Source: Alphaproteobacteria bacterium
GTDB lineage: Bacteria > Pseudomonadota > Alphaproteobacteria > RF32 > CAG-239
Length of the DNA: 64,000 nucleotides
Direction: 5' to 3'
Assembly: GCA_045603405.1 (NCBI GenBank)
Contig: JAZUMA010000032.1
Location: 64,102-128,101 of the forward strand
Made by a program: the position numbers and the translations under genes. Below the pieces are notes generated by a model. That model was given only the letters and a program-made list of their open reading frames with translations, ran no database searches and was not told the origin of the DNA. How positions within the stretch are numbered: the stretch's first letter is position 1; every line of letters begins with the position of its first letter. This document shows, piece by piece, positions 7,784-17,987 of the stretch.

Positions 7784-9436
7784 ATGGCTGTGTCACCGGC
7801 TGTAGCAGAATTGTTAGAAGAATATAAACGTTTTGCGCCATTAACAATGAAAGAATTATTTGCTAAAGACGAAAAACGTGCTGAAAAATATACCATAGAG
7901 TTTGAAAATCTTACTTTTGATTATTCAAAAAACCGCTTTGATGAAAATGTTTTGCAAGCTCTGTTAGCTTTGGCAGAAGAACATCACTTAAAAGACCGCA
8001 TAGAAGATATGTTTAGCGGCAAAAAAATTAATATAACCGAAAATCGTGCGGTTTTGCATACGGCATTGCGTAATTTTTCCGGCAATTCTATCTGTGTGGA
8101 TGGTCAGGATGTTATGCCGGAAATTCGCCGCGTTTTAGCTAAAATGAAAGATTTTTCCGAAGCTGTTCGCAATGGAACATTCAAAGGTTATACCGGCAAA
8201 AAAATAACCAATATTGTTAATATCGGTATTGGTGGGTCTGATTTAGGTCCGTATATGGTTACGTCTGCCTTAAAAAAATATTGGGCAAAAGACATAAATT
8301 GTTATTTTATTTCTAACATAGACGGCACTGCCTGCGCAGAAGTTTTAAGTAAAATCAATCCTGAAGAAACATTATTTATTGTCGCATCTAAAACTTTTAC
8401 CACCATAGAAACTTTAACCAATGCCAAAACTTGCCGCGAATGGCTGGTTAAAGCTTTGGGTGATAAAGCTGTTGCTAACCATTTTGTTGCCCTGTCAACT
8501 AATGCCAAAGCCGTTGCCGAGTTTGGCATTGATACCGCTAATATGTTTGAATTTTGGGATTTTGTTGGCGGTAGATATTCTTTATGGTCAGCTATCGGTT
8601 TATCAATAGCATTAGCGATTGGTTATGATAATTTTGAAGCCTTATTAAAAGGTGCCGAAGCCATGGATAAGCATTTCCGTACCGCTCCGTTTGATAAAAA
8701 TATTCCGGTTATCATGGCATTGCTCGGTATTTGGTATAATGATTATTATAACATCCATCGTTATGCGGTCATTCCCTATGACCAATACTTGAAATTCTTG
8801 CCGTCATATCTTCAGCAATTAGATATGGAAAGCAATGGTAAGTCTGTTCGCTTAGATAATAAGAAAATTACCGATTATGCCACCGGTCCGGCATTATTTG
8901 GCGGGGCAGGGACGGATGTTCAACATTCTTTCTTCCAATTATTGCACCAAGGAACAGAACCTGTACCGGTAGATTTTATTATTCCGGCTGTTTCACAAAA
9001 TGAAATCGGTAAACACCATGAGATTTTATTAGCTAATATTTTAGCGCAAGCAGAAGCCTTGATGAAAGGTAAAACAGAAGAAGAGGCGGCTGCAGAATTA
9101 AAAGCTGCCGGCAAAGATGAAGCAACAATCGAAAAATTGAAACTTAATAAGAGTTTTGCCGGAAATCGTCCGAGCAATATGTTTATCATAGATAAACTAA
9201 CCCCATATAATTTAGGTATGCTGATTGCTATGTACGAGCATAAGGTTTATACCCAAGGGGTTATATGGGAAATCGATTCGTTTGATCAATGGGGTGTTGA
9301 ACTTGGTAAACAACTGGCTTTGAAAATCTTGCCGGAATTGGAAGAGGGGGTATCTGCCAATCATGACAGCTCTACAACGAAATTGATAAATAAAGTTCGT
9401 AAGTTGCGTGTTAAAATGACCTCAAAAGCAGCTTAA
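7784..9436 (+). CDS. pgi: glucose-6-phosphate isomerase
   Basis: 550 aa with the full-length PGI signatures DYSKN, GIGGSDLGP, GGRYSLWSAIG and QHSFFQLLHQG. An AAGGAG SD is present. Confidence 0.95.
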   Translation: MAVSPAVAELLEEYKRFAPLTMKELFAKDEKRAEKYTIEFENLTFDYSKNRFDENVLQALLALAEEHHLKDRIEDMFSGKKINITENRAVLHTALRNFSGNSICVDGQDVMPEIRRVLAKMKDFSEAVRNGTFKGYTGKKITNIVNIGIGGSDLGPYMVTSALKKYWAKDINCYFISNIDGTACAEVLSKINPEETLFIVASKTFTTIETLTNAKTCREWLVKALGDKAVANHFVALSTNAKAVAEFGIDTANMFEFWDFVGGRYSLWSAIGLSIALAIGYDNFEALLKGAEAMDKHFRTAPFDKNIPVIMALLGIWYNDYYNIHRYAVIPYDQYLKFLPSYLQQLDMESNGKSVRLDNKKITDYATGPALFGGAGTDVQHSFFQLLHQGTEPVPVDFIIPAVSQNEIGKHHEILLANILAQAEALMKGKTEEEAAAELKAAGKDEATIEKLKLNKSFAGNRPSNMFIIDKLTPYNLGMLIAMYEHKVYTQGVIWEIDSFDQWGVELGKQLALKILPELEEGVSANHDSSTTKLINKVRKLRVKMTSKAA

Positions 9437-9454
9437 TAAAAATACCAAAACAAA

Positions 9455-9485
9455 AGAGGCCTGCGCATATGCACAGACCTCTTTG
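9455..9485. terminator. hairpin terminator between convergent pgi and the 184-aa ORF
   Basis: agaggcctgcgcatatgcacagacctct is an imperfect long stem. The U-tract is better on the minus strand (cttttgtttt). Confidence 0.5.
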
Positions 9486-9500
9486 GGAAATAGAAAATTA

Positions 9501-10055
9501 CTACCTCACACATTTCGTCAAGCACTCTAAAACTGCTTGACTTCTCTCATCTAATGTTGCCTCATCAATTCTTTCTAACAAATAATCGTAACTTTCTTTC
9601 GAGATGTATACATCGGCATATTCCATAACAGCACTCAGGACCAGAGGATCAATTTTTGTGATACCTTTAGGAAACATCCGAGAGTCAACGGAATCGGCAA
9701 CCCAAGCGTTTATGAGCGCCTCTCCAACACCCCATTCTTTCCATAAATCAAGCTCTTTAAGAACTTCAAGTTTGCCATCTTTAGGCATTGGATTATCAAG
9801 GGCTACGCATACTAATCCTGAACAAACGTTATCAAGCGCCCAATCTCCACCATTCCTATTGTCACGGACAGCCACCACAACCTCTTTACGGGCTTTAAGC
9901 GAATATCTGGAGTAATCTTTTGGAATAAATCCAGCCGTCCTATAGTTATCCCATCTACCATATATGATACTGAGGGCCAATGGCGGTGTAAGGTCATTCT
10001 TTGCAAATTCTTTCAAAAAATTAGGAAGAATTGTTTTTTGGGTTGTTTGTTTCAT
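9501..10055 (-). CDS. hypothetical protein (no recognised family)
   Basis: This 184-aa ORF has coding-like composition and lies between two terminator-like regions. No motif was recognised by eye. Confidence 0.4.
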   Translation of the reverse strand: MKQTTQKTILPNFLKEFAKNDLTPPLALSIIYGRWDNYRTAGFIPKDYSRYSLKARKEVVVAVRDNRNGGDWALDNVCSGLVCVALDNPMPKDGKLEVLKELDLWKEWGVGEALINAWVADSVDSRMFPKGITKIDPLVLSAVMEYADVYISKESYDYLLERIDEATLDERSQAVLECLTKCVR

Positions 10056-10145
10056 AATTTAAAAAAAATTTAAGTTACACAATAAAATAAAAACACATCG
10101 CGAAAGTAATGACATAATTACTTTTTGTCAAGAAAAAATAGTAAA

Positions 10146-10901
10146 TTAATTAATTTTATTAAACAATCTCTTCCATCTGATAGAGGTTATCCAAGAAATC
10201 GGATTATACCATCTTGACGTATCATCATGCGAATAGAATAAAAAGCGCGCTTTTCCTTCAATATTATCAAAAGGAACCATGCCGACATCTTTACGAGAGT
10301 CGTTAGAATTATCCCGATTATCTCCCATCATAAAATAATGATTTGCCGGTATTGTAAATTTAGGTGTATTATCAACCACCATAACGTCATCGCTGTATTC
10401 CAGAATGCGATGTTCTTTCCCACCGGGTAAACTCTCTTTATATTCGGTAAATTCTTGCGGAAAAGGGGTATATTCACGAATAACATAACGTCCGATTTTT
10501 TCTCTTTCTACTAATTTATCATTAATATACAAACGTCCTTCAGTCATTTGTACGGTATCACCCGGCAATCCGATTACCCTTTTTATATAATCTGTTGAAT
10601 TATCAATAGGGGACTTAAATACAACCACGTCACCGCGTTCGGGTAAATCTTGCCAAAATCTTCCTTGAAAATTTGGAAAACTAAAAGGAAAGGAGTGTTT
10701 GGAATAACCATATGTATATTTGGAAACAAACAAAAAATCCCCAACTTCAAGTGTAGGATACATAGAACCTGAAGGAATCTTGAACGGCTCGAACCAAAAA
10801 GTGCGAATGAGCCCGGCAATAACTATAGCATAACAGATAGTTTTAAAAGTTTCCCCTAAACCATCTTCTTTTTTATCATCATCGATTTTTTTGTTTTCCA
10901 T
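10146..10901 (-). CDS. lepB: signal peptidase I
   Basis: It has an N-terminal TM helix, SGSMYPTL (catalytic Ser box), YIKRVIGLPGD, and GDNRDNSNDSR. Confidence 0.9.
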   Translation of the reverse strand: MENKKIDDDKKEDGLGETFKTICYAIVIAGLIRTFWFEPFKIPSGSMYPTLEVGDFLFVSKYTYGYSKHSFPFSFPNFQGRFWQDLPERGDVVVFKSPIDNSTDYIKRVIGLPGDTVQMTEGRLYINDKLVEREKIGRYVIREYTPFPQEFTEYKESLPGGKEHRILEYSDDVMVVDNTPKFTIPANHYFMMGDNRDNSNDSRKDVGMVPFDNIEGKARFLFYSHDDTSRWYNPISWITSIRWKRLFNKIN

Positions 10902-10997
10902 AATACACCAAATAAACGATTAAAACCTCTTACGACTATATTATATACTAAAAGCCTATTGCAAGCAGAAAGGAAGATATACACAAAAAGCTAAGCT

Positions 10998-11657
10998 TTA
11001 GTGGGTGTCATCTTTATTTAATCGCCGTTGGATATCATTAATTTGATTTTGTAAATTTTTGATAATAATGTCATAAGGATCTTGGGTTTTGTTGCTGATA
11101 CCATACGGCACAAAAGAATTACTGCGAGTAGCATCTGTTTTATGAGCGGCCACGCCGATAACGGTTGTATTAGCTGCTACATCTTTGACAACAGTAGCGT
11201 TTGCACCGACTTTTGCATTTTTACCAACCGTAATCGGACCTAAAATTTGCGCACCGGCTCCGATAGTTACATTATCTTCAATAGTAGGATGCCGTTGATT
11301 ATTTTTATTATTTACCGATTTCGTTCCCCCTAAGGTGACCCCGTGATAAAGCATAACATTGTTGCCGATAATAGCCGTTTCGCCGATAACAGTACCCATA
11401 CCATGGTCAATAACAACATGTTGCCCTATTTTAGCTCCCGGGTGAATTTCAATACCTGTCAGAAAACGCGCAAATTGAGAAATAAGCCGAGCAGAAAGCC
11501 GCCAATTTTTAAGCCATAAAAAATGAGCTAAGCGATAAAAGAGTAAACAATGAAGGCCTGGAGAACATAAAAAAGCCTCTAATCTGCTGTTTGTAGCAGG
11601 ATCTTTGGCAATGATTGTATCAAGTTCGCTAAGAAAATTCTTGAAATTTGTTTTCAT
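10998..11657 (-). CDS. cysE: serine O-acetyltransferase
   Basis: The [22 protein letters not shown] segment is followed by left-handed beta-helix hexapeptide repeats and [15 protein letters not shown]. Confidence 0.85.
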   Translation of the reverse strand: MKTNFKNFLSELDTIIAKDPATNSRLEAFLCSPGLHCLLFYRLAHFLWLKNWRLSARLISQFARFLTGIEIHPGAKIGQHVVIDHGMGTVIGETAIIGNNVMLYHGVTLGGTKSVNNKNNQRHPTIEDNVTIGAGAQILGPITVGKNAKVGANATVVKDVAANTTVIGVAAHKTDATRSNSFVPYGISNKTQDPYDIIIKNLQNQINDIQRRLNKDDTH

Positions 11658-11755
11658 ATTTGCTATAACCCCAAAAATATTAATAACAATTTAAGAAACG
11701 TTATGCTAATATAAACACCAGTTTTAATGAAATCAAGGATAAAAAAGAGTTTATC

Positions 11756-12577
11756 ATGGTAGAAGTAATCATTAATGGACACGCCGGTAGATTAGAAGGG
11801 CGCTATCACAAAGCTAAACGTGCAGATGCACCTGTTGCATTGATTTTGCACCCGCATCCTCAATATGGCGGCACAATGAACAATAAAGTAGCTTATGCTC
11901 TATTTACCTGTTTTAAGGATTTAGGCTTTTCGGTTTTACGCTTTAATTTTCGCGGAGTCGGACGCTCTCAAGGAGATTTTGAAGATGGTCCGGGAGAATT
12001 ATCAGATGCAACAATGGCACTAGATTGGTTACAAGCAAATAATCCGGATGCGCGCCAGTGTTGGATTGCCGGTTATTCGTTTGGCGCTTGGATCGGGTTG
12101 CAATTATTAATGCGCCGTCCTGATATTAATAATTTTATTGCAGTATCTCCGCCGGCGAATGAAAAAGATTTCAGTTTTTTGGCACCATGTCCGACATCAG
12201 GGTTAATGATTCAAGGTGGCAAAGATGAAATATGCGTACCGCAAATGGTGGAAGATTTAGCCAGACACTTGAATATGCAACGTCATATAGATGTTGATTT
12301 TGCAATGATAGAGGATGGAGACCATATGTATAATGGACATTTGGTTGATTTGTACAAAATCGTTGGAAATTATGTGATTGCTGCATTACAGAAAAAAGCG
12401 CCGGCGAAAAAGCGTCGCGGTCGTCGTAAAAAATCTGAAATTGCCGAACAGCTTATGCTGGAAGAACAACAAGCGGCAGGAGAAGATAACGATCTTCTTG
12501 ATGATGATTATGAGGAAGATTTTGATGATGAATCTTCAGAAGATGATTTCGATGATGACTATGACGATAAAGAATAG
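11756..12577 (+). CDS. alpha/beta hydrolase (COG2945-like) with a basic-then-polyacidic C-terminal tail
   Basis: It contains LHPHPQYGGTMNNKV, FNFRGVGRSQG and GYSFGAW (nucleophile elbow). The tail reads KKAPAKKRRGRRKK followed by DDDYEEDFDDESSEDDFDDDYDDKE. Confidence 0.7.
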   Translation: MVEVIINGHAGRLEGRYHKAKRADAPVALILHPHPQYGGTMNNKVAYALFTCFKDLGFSVLRFNFRGVGRSQGDFEDGPGELSDATMALDWLQANNPDARQCWIAGYSFGAWIGLQLLMRRPDINNFIAVSPPANEKDFSFLAPCPTSGLMIQGGKDEICVPQMVEDLARHLNMQRHIDVDFAMIEDGDHMYNGHLVDLYKIVGNYVIAALQKKAPAKKRRGRRKKSEIAEQLMLEEQQAAGEDNDLLDDDYEEDFDDESSEDDFDDDYDDKE

Positions 12578-12596
12578 GTAAATTTATCACCAATGC

Positions 12597-12630
12597 AAAA
12601 AAAAAGACCGCTTGATAGGCGGTCTTTCTT
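12597..12630. terminator. bidirectional intrinsic terminator
   Basis: aaaaaaaaagaccgc ttgatag gcggtctttctt lies between convergent genes. Confidence 0.7.
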
Positions 12631-13444
12631 AATAAAAGCACAGAGTTATATTATTTTCATGATAAAGGAAAAACTTACAAAATTTCCTAAATAGGCTATC
12701 TGCAAAGGGGAGGCCTTTTTTATAGAATTGATATAAAGTTTCTTGATGCTTTCTCCAAAAATCGTCACATAGCTTGGCCGGTATACTAGTATCGCAACAG
12801 TCGGCATAACGAAAAGTTTCAGGGATGTTTTCGTTATATGCATCACGATATTTTTTGAGAAGACCAAGAAGAATATCAAAAGCTCTTGGTAAGCCTTTTT
12901 CAAAACAAATGACAACTCTATCCAAGATACCATTATCATACAAGAGAGCATCATTAGAACATAGGCGTGTGTAGAGGTTAAGGCATCTACCAGCTTCATC
13001 TATACCTTTTTCCAATCCGGTAGCAAGAATATTCAGAACCTTAGCGCGAAATTCATCATCGGCTTTATTTTGCTCTTGTCGGCTATAAGGACAAAGATAT
13101 TTCTTAGGTTTACGATAGAGAATATAGTATAAAAGCACATTGTAACTATATTCTTTGCCGTCATCACCACATTTCAAAATTTCATTCAAAATTTTGTCAG
13201 AGACTTCTTTACCTTTTTTTATGTAACTTGCAAGAAAAACACTCACATCAGGAATGTCATTGCGAATACAATCAACAAGAATAAGCATGTCATCTTCACT
13301 AAGAGTATAAAGAGCTGAGGTACAGAGGCATTTTTCCGCAAGCTGAATAAACGGATAGGGTTCATAATATCGATACACCTTATAAAAACTAAGTCGCATC
13401 AATATATTTCTTGTTTTTATACTTAACGTTTTTTCTTGATCCAT
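12629..13444 (-). CDS. hypothetical Cys-rich protein
   Basis: The start was set to MDQEKTLSIK (13444), because the track's 316-aa version runs through the tRNA-Ser terminator. No family was recognised; the protein has many Cys residues. Confidence 0.4.
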   Translation of the reverse strand: MDQEKTLSIKTRNILMRLSFYKVYRYYEPYPFIQLAEKCLCTSALYTLSEDDMLILVDCIRNDIPDVSVFLASYIKKGKEVSDKILNEILKCGDDGKEYSYNVLLYYILYRKPKKYLCPYSRQEQNKADDEFRAKVLNILATGLEKGIDEAGRCLNLYTRLCSNDALLYDNGILDRVVICFEKGLPRAFDILLGLLKKYRDAYNENIPETFRYADCCDTSIPAKLCDDFWRKHQETLYQFYKKGLPFADSLFRKFCKFFLYHENNITLCFY

Positions 13445-13562
13445 AATAAAAGAATTAATTGTTATACATAAATATATTTGTTTACCAAAATGATAGAAGA
13501 TTTTTCCTTTAAAGCAAGTTTTTTTTGTACAATTATTATATAAAACAGAAGGGAAAACACCC

Positions 13563-13592
13563 ATAAAAAAAAAGACCACCTCACGGCGGTCT
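13563..13592 (-). terminator. intrinsic terminator of tRNA-Ser
   Basis: The minus strand reads agaccgccgugaggugguc followed by U9, immediately 3' of the tRNA. Confidence 0.75.
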
Positions 13593-13599
13593 TCTTTAT

Positions 13600-13690
13600 T
13601 GGCGGAGATGTAGGGATTCGAACCCCAGGAGGACTTGCGCCCTCGTCTGATTTCAAGTCAGGTGCATTAAACCAGCTCTGCCACATCTCC
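13600..13690 (-). tRNA. tRNA-Ser (anticodon UGA), CCA encoded
   Basis: Reverse complement: GGAGATGTGGCAGAGCTGGTTTAATGCACCTGACTTGAAATCAG..long variable arm..GGGGTTCGAATCCCTACATCTCCGCCA. It is 91 nt, with anticodon loop CTTGAAA. Confidence 0.9.
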
Positions 13691-13704
13691 ATCAAACAGA
13701 GAGA

Positions 13705-13733
13705 AAAATAATAAACAAAAATAGAAACGTCAA
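13705..13733 (-). promoter_or_regulatory. putative tRNA-Ser promoter
   Basis: On the minus strand: TTGACG, a 17-nt spacer, then TATTTT, about 15 nt upstream of the tRNA 5' end. Confidence 0.4.
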
Positions 13734-13793
13734 GAACTTTTTTACTTTTTTGTGAAAAAATCATAAATAAGTAGACGATAAAAAGGAGGAAAA

Positions 13794-14729
13794 ATGCGGT
13801 ATAATTTGATAGCATCACCGATATATGACTATTTAAAACAAAATTTATTACAAAAGAGTAAGTTGTTTCATGATGTAAAGATTGAAAACAGTCGTTTTCC
13901 TGATGGGGAAAGGTATTTTAGAATTAAAAATCCGGCTTGTATATCAGGTTGTCCGGCCGTATATATTTGTGGAACAATAAGCGATGAAGCTATTTTTGAA
14001 GCATATAATATGAGTTGTGCACTGGTAAGAGAAGGATGCTCAGCTTTACATCTGGTTATCCCATATTTTGGTTATTCAACAATGGAACGGGCACTAAAAG
14101 AAGGAGAGATAGTTTCTGCTAAAAACATTGCACGTTTATTAAGTTCCATTCCATTGTCAGCCCAAGGGAATTATGTTTATCTTGTAGATATTCATTCTTT
14201 AGGAACGCAATATTATTTTGAGCAAAATATTCATCCGATACATTTAACAACAGAGCCGATATTAGATAAAATAATTGCAGATATAAGAAAAAAGAGTAAA
14301 AATATTGTCTTAGCCTCTGCAGATATGGGGCGCGCAAAATGGATAGAAAATTTAAGTAATCGTTTAAGTATACCTGCAGCTTACATTATGAAAAGACGTT
14401 TATCTGGAAGCAAAACGGAAGTTGTTGCTTTAAATGCTGATGTTAAAGGAAAAAACATTATTATTTTTGATGATATGATAAGATCAGGAACATCTATTTT
14501 ACATGCTGCTGAGGCCTATAAATCAATTGGTGCCAAAGATATATATGTTTTATGTGTACATGGAATTTTTGTAGACAGTGCCATTGAAAATATACAGAAT
14601 AGTGGCTTAATAAAAGGTATTTACTGCACCAATACACATGCTAAAACCACTAAAATAAAAAGTGACTTCGTAAAAGTTTATGATATGTCTGAAATTATCT
14701 TACAAGGAATAAAATGCGGATTAAAATAA
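13794..14729 (+). CDS. prs: ribose-phosphate pyrophosphokinase family protein
   Basis: It has the RFPDGE motif, the PRPP-binding loop IIIFDDMIRSGTS, and the expected size. An AGGAGG SD is present. Confidence 0.8.
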   Translation: MRYNLIASPIYDYLKQNLLQKSKLFHDVKIENSRFPDGERYFRIKNPACISGCPAVYICGTISDEAIFEAYNMSCALVREGCSALHLVIPYFGYSTMERALKEGEIVSAKNIARLLSSIPLSAQGNYVYLVDIHSLGTQYYFEQNIHPIHLTTEPILDKIIADIRKKSKNIVLASADMGRAKWIENLSNRLSIPAAYIMKRRLSGSKTEVVALNADVKGKNIIIFDDMIRSGTSILHAAEAYKSIGAKDIYVLCVHGIFVDSAIENIQNSGLIKGIYCTNTHAKTTKIKSDFVKVYDMSEIILQGIKCGLK

Positions 14730-15305
14730 AATTTTAGGAGTACGGAATCTCTTATTTTTGCTGTCATAAGTAACTTTAAGAACAGAGCCGTTATCAAGAG
14801 ATATTTCTTTTTTTAAATAACTCTCCGTAAAAATACGAATAAACATTCCATGTGATATTATCAAAACGTTGGAACGACCATCTTCATAAAGTCTGTTCAT
14901 AAATTTAATAAAACGTTGTTGTACTTCTCCTATAGTTTCTCCTCCCGGATAAGCTATAGCATAACGTTCACGATTATTAATATCATTAAAGGCATGATAA
15001 ATATAAGAAAATTTAGCTTCTAAATCAGTTTTTTTGACACCTTCTGCCTTACCGAAATCAATTTCGCGCAACTTTTTTGTATAATGAACAGGTAAGTCTA
15101 ATAAATTACTTATAATATTAGCTGTTTTTCTTGCCGGTTTCAAGTCACTTGCATAAATCGTTTCAATATTTTGATTTTTTAGCTTTTCTGCGGCCAAAGT
15201 TGCTTGTTGCAGACCGGTTTGATTGAGAGATACATCTTTCAAACCAAGAACACGACAAGAAGCATCCCAGTCTGTTTGTCCATGCCGCATCAGATATACA
15301 ATCAT
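14721..15305 (-). CDS. histidine phosphatase (phosphoglycerate mutase family)
   Basis: It has the N-terminal RHGQTDWD catalytic motif and a later SHG motif. Confidence 0.8.
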   Translation of the reverse strand: MIVYLMRHGQTDWDASCRVLGLKDVSLNQTGLQQATLAAEKLKNQNIETIYASDLKPARKTANIISNLLDLPVHYTKKLREIDFGKAEGVKKTDLEAKFSYIYHAFNDINNRERYAIAYPGGETIGEVQQRFIKFMNRLYEDGRSNVLIISHGMFIRIFTESYLKKEISLDNGSVLKVTYDSKNKRFRTPKILF

Positions 15306-15397
15306 ATAGAATTATCCCCGATTAGAAATTAACTTTCTAGTAAACTAGAAGTAATAAAACATAAAATCAATATCAAATGAATGAATAATCCACATTT

Positions 15398-16618
15398 TTA
15401 TACAGTTTTAGAAAGAGCGCAAAAGAAAAAGCCATCAGTTTTTGTTGTTAAAGGTGAAAATTGCAGCCAATTAGAGGTTTTGAATGGAAAAACAGGCAAA
15501 TCCAATAGTGTTTTCCATAATTTTTCATGGTCGAGTAGAGAAAATTCCGGATGTTTTTGTAAAAAATCTGTTATTTGATTTTCATTTTCTTCAGCTAAAA
15601 CTGAGCAAGTCATATAAATCAGACGACCACCGGTTTTAGTATGTTTTGCACCAAAATAGAGCAACTCTGCTTGTGTTTTACAGATATCTCTTAATTTATC
15701 GGGGGTTAAGCGATATTTTGCATCAGGAGCGCGTCGCCATGTTCCACTGCCAGAACAAGGTGCATCTATAATAAAGCGATCATAATCAGTATCAATAACG
15801 GTATTTATAATTTTAATATTTTGGATATTAAGTCTTTCTGCTCTTTTTTTGATTTTATTTAAACGATTTTGATTAATATCATGCACCCAAATAACTCCGT
15901 CGTTATGCAGTTCGGCACCTATAGCCAAAGCTTTTCCTCCTGCTCCGGCGCAATAATCTATAATTTTATGATGTGCTTTTGCCTGACATAATAAAGCCAA
16001 GAGTTGAGACCCTTCATCCATAACTTCAATGTCTCCGTCTTGGTAAGTCATACAATTATTTAGATTTATCCTTTCTTCTGAACGCAAGCCTATAGGGGAA
16101 AGAGGCGTCTTTGAAAAAAATAAACCTTCTTTTTTTAAACGCAAAAGAGCTTCTTCGCGAGATGTAAAATTAACCCGAACATCAGCCGGAGCGATATCAT
16201 TAAGGGATATCAGTAGATTTTTATTATCAATTTTATCAATAAGCCATTGAGGGCATTCGTAACGCGCTGTATCTGAAAATGTGTCACATTGATGTGCGTG
16301 TGTTAAATACATTTTTTCTTCTTTGTCAAGCATCGTCGGAGCATACGCCTCCCCATTAAATAAGAGTTCCAAATCCTGGTCGTTAAGGGCAAGCGCCGTT
16401 AGAAGACGCGCAGATAAATTTCCTCTAAGCATCTCTGTATATTTTGTACGATGACGAATGATTTTCCACGTTAAATCTGTAATAAAGCGCCGATCTTTAG
16501 CGCCGATATAATGCCTGTTTTTTAAATATTTATCTAAGATGATATCTGCAGGCAAGTGATCTTGTAAAACCTCTTGCATAATTTCTATTACGGCTTGTAC
16601 TCGGCTGGCTTCTCTCAT
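15398..16618 (-). CDS. rsmB: 16S rRNA (cytosine-C5)-methyltransferase, RsmB/Sun family
   Basis: An NusB-like N-terminal domain is followed by DYCAGAGGK (SAM motif I), DAPCSGSGTWRR, and TCS (catalytic Cys motifs). Confidence 0.85.
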   Translation of the reverse strand: MREASRVQAVIEIMQEVLQDHLPADIILDKYLKNRHYIGAKDRRFITDLTWKIIRHRTKYTEMLRGNLSARLLTALALNDQDLELLFNGEAYAPTMLDKEEKMYLTHAHQCDTFSDTARYECPQWLIDKIDNKNLLISLNDIAPADVRVNFTSREEALLRLKKEGLFFSKTPLSPIGLRSEERINLNNCMTYQDGDIEVMDEGSQLLALLCQAKAHHKIIDYCAGAGGKALAIGAELHNDGVIWVHDINQNRLNKIKKRAERLNIQNIKIINTVIDTDYDRFIIDAPCSGSGTWRRAPDAKYRLTPDKLRDICKTQAELLYFGAKHTKTGGRLIYMTCSVLAEENENQITDFLQKHPEFSLLDHEKLWKTLLDLPVFPFKTSNWLQFSPLTTKTDGFFFCALSKTV

Positions 16619-16767
16619 TTTCTCTTACCTATAATGAACATATAAGCTATGCTATAACTGTTATTTTTTTCTTTTTCAAGGTTTTATTTAACAACAAAAG
16701 ATTTTTGTTGCCAAAAAGTGAAAAATATGCTATACACCACCAGACTTAAATTTAAGAAAGTAAAAAA

Positions 16768-17979
16768 ATGGAAAAAATTCTTGTATTAAATGCCGGCTCA
16801 ACAACTGTTAAATTTCAACTTTATAACATAAATGATACCCAGCATGAAATAATAACCGGCGGTGTCGTAGAACGAATAGGATTAGATGGTGCTAAACTGA
16901 TTGTTAACACCAATACAGGTAATCCTTTAACATATGAACTTGTTATTGAGAATCATAAAGCAGCAATTAATACAATTTTGCAGTTTTTAAGTAAAAAGTA
17001 TATCAAAGATGCCTCAGAATTGGCTGCTGTGGCACACCGTATGGGGTACGGCGGTAAATATGACAGCTGTGCGGCAATAGATGATGATGTTATGCAAGAA
17101 TTGTATCGAAGCATTCCATTAATTCCGTTACATGGTCCGGCCATAGAAAAAGGTATAAAAGCTGCACAAGAATTATTGCCAAATGTTTTACAAACAGCTG
17201 TTTTTGATACTGCTTTTCATCAAAGTATAGAAAAAGCCGGCCAATTATTTGCTTTGCCGGAAGAATATCGTGAAGGAATGCAAATTAGACGCTATGGTTT
17301 TCATGGTCCATCACATAATTATGTGACTGATAAAGCCGCTGAATATTTAGGTTATAAAGGTCGTTTCATAAGTTGCCATTTAGGTGGAGGTGCATCAATA
17401 ACTGCGGTTAAAGATGGTAAAAGTTTTATGACTTCAATGGGCTTTACACCGATGTCTGGCATTGTGATGTCTACACGTCCTGGAGATATTGATCCTTATA
17501 TTCCTTTACATATTATGAAGACGCAAAATAAAACGGCAGATGAAGTTAATGCTATACTTAATAAACAAAGCGGTTTATATGGTTTAACCGAAGGTCATGC
17601 CGATATGCGTGATATTTTGGAAGAAGCTAAAAAAGGCGATGAAAAGTGTGTTCTTGCGCTTCGTTTATATATATATAATATCTTAAAGACGATAGGTTCG
17701 TATGTGGCTCTGATGGGGGGGGTAGATGCGTTGATATTTACAGCCGGTATTGGTGAGAAGAGCTCATATATTCGTGAAAAATTATGTGAAAAGCTAGGTT
17801 TTTTAGGCATAAAATTGGATTCGGGGGCAAATTTGCAATATCCTGCGCCCACAATAATCAGTACAGCAGAAAGTTCTGTTAAAGTTATGGTAATTCCAAC
17901 CGATGAAGAGCTTATGATGGCAAAAGAAACGTATAATATATACAAGAAGCAACTAGAAGAAGAAAAGCAAGCAGTTTAG
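16768..17979 (+). CDS. ackA: acetate kinase
   Basis: It contains ILVLNAGSTTVKFQLY, HRMGYGG, RYGFHGPSH, and EELMMAKET near the C-terminus. Confidence 0.95.
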   Translation: MEKILVLNAGSTTVKFQLYNINDTQHEIITGGVVERIGLDGAKLIVNTNTGNPLTYELVIENHKAAINTILQFLSKKYIKDASELAAVAHRMGYGGKYDSCAAIDDDVMQELYRSIPLIPLHGPAIEKGIKAAQELLPNVLQTAVFDTAFHQSIEKAGQLFALPEEYREGMQIRRYGFHGPSHNYVTDKAAEYLGYKGRFISCHLGGGASITAVKDGKSFMTSMGFTPMSGIVMSTRPGDIDPYIPLHIMKTQNKTADEVNAILNKQSGLYGLTEGHADMRDILEEAKKGDEKCVLALRLYIYNILKTIGSYVALMGGVDALIFTAGIGEKSSYIREKLCEKLGFLGIKLDSGANLQYPAPTIISTAESSVKVMVIPTDEELMMAKETYNIYKKQLEEEKQAV

Positions 17980-17987
17980 GAACAAAG

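Noticed and set aside
13445-13818. N-terminal extension of the 316-aa ORF, and the 118-aa ORF 13462..13818
   Set aside because: Both run through the tRNA-Ser gene or its terminator. The shorter start at 13444 (MDQEKT) avoids the RNA features.
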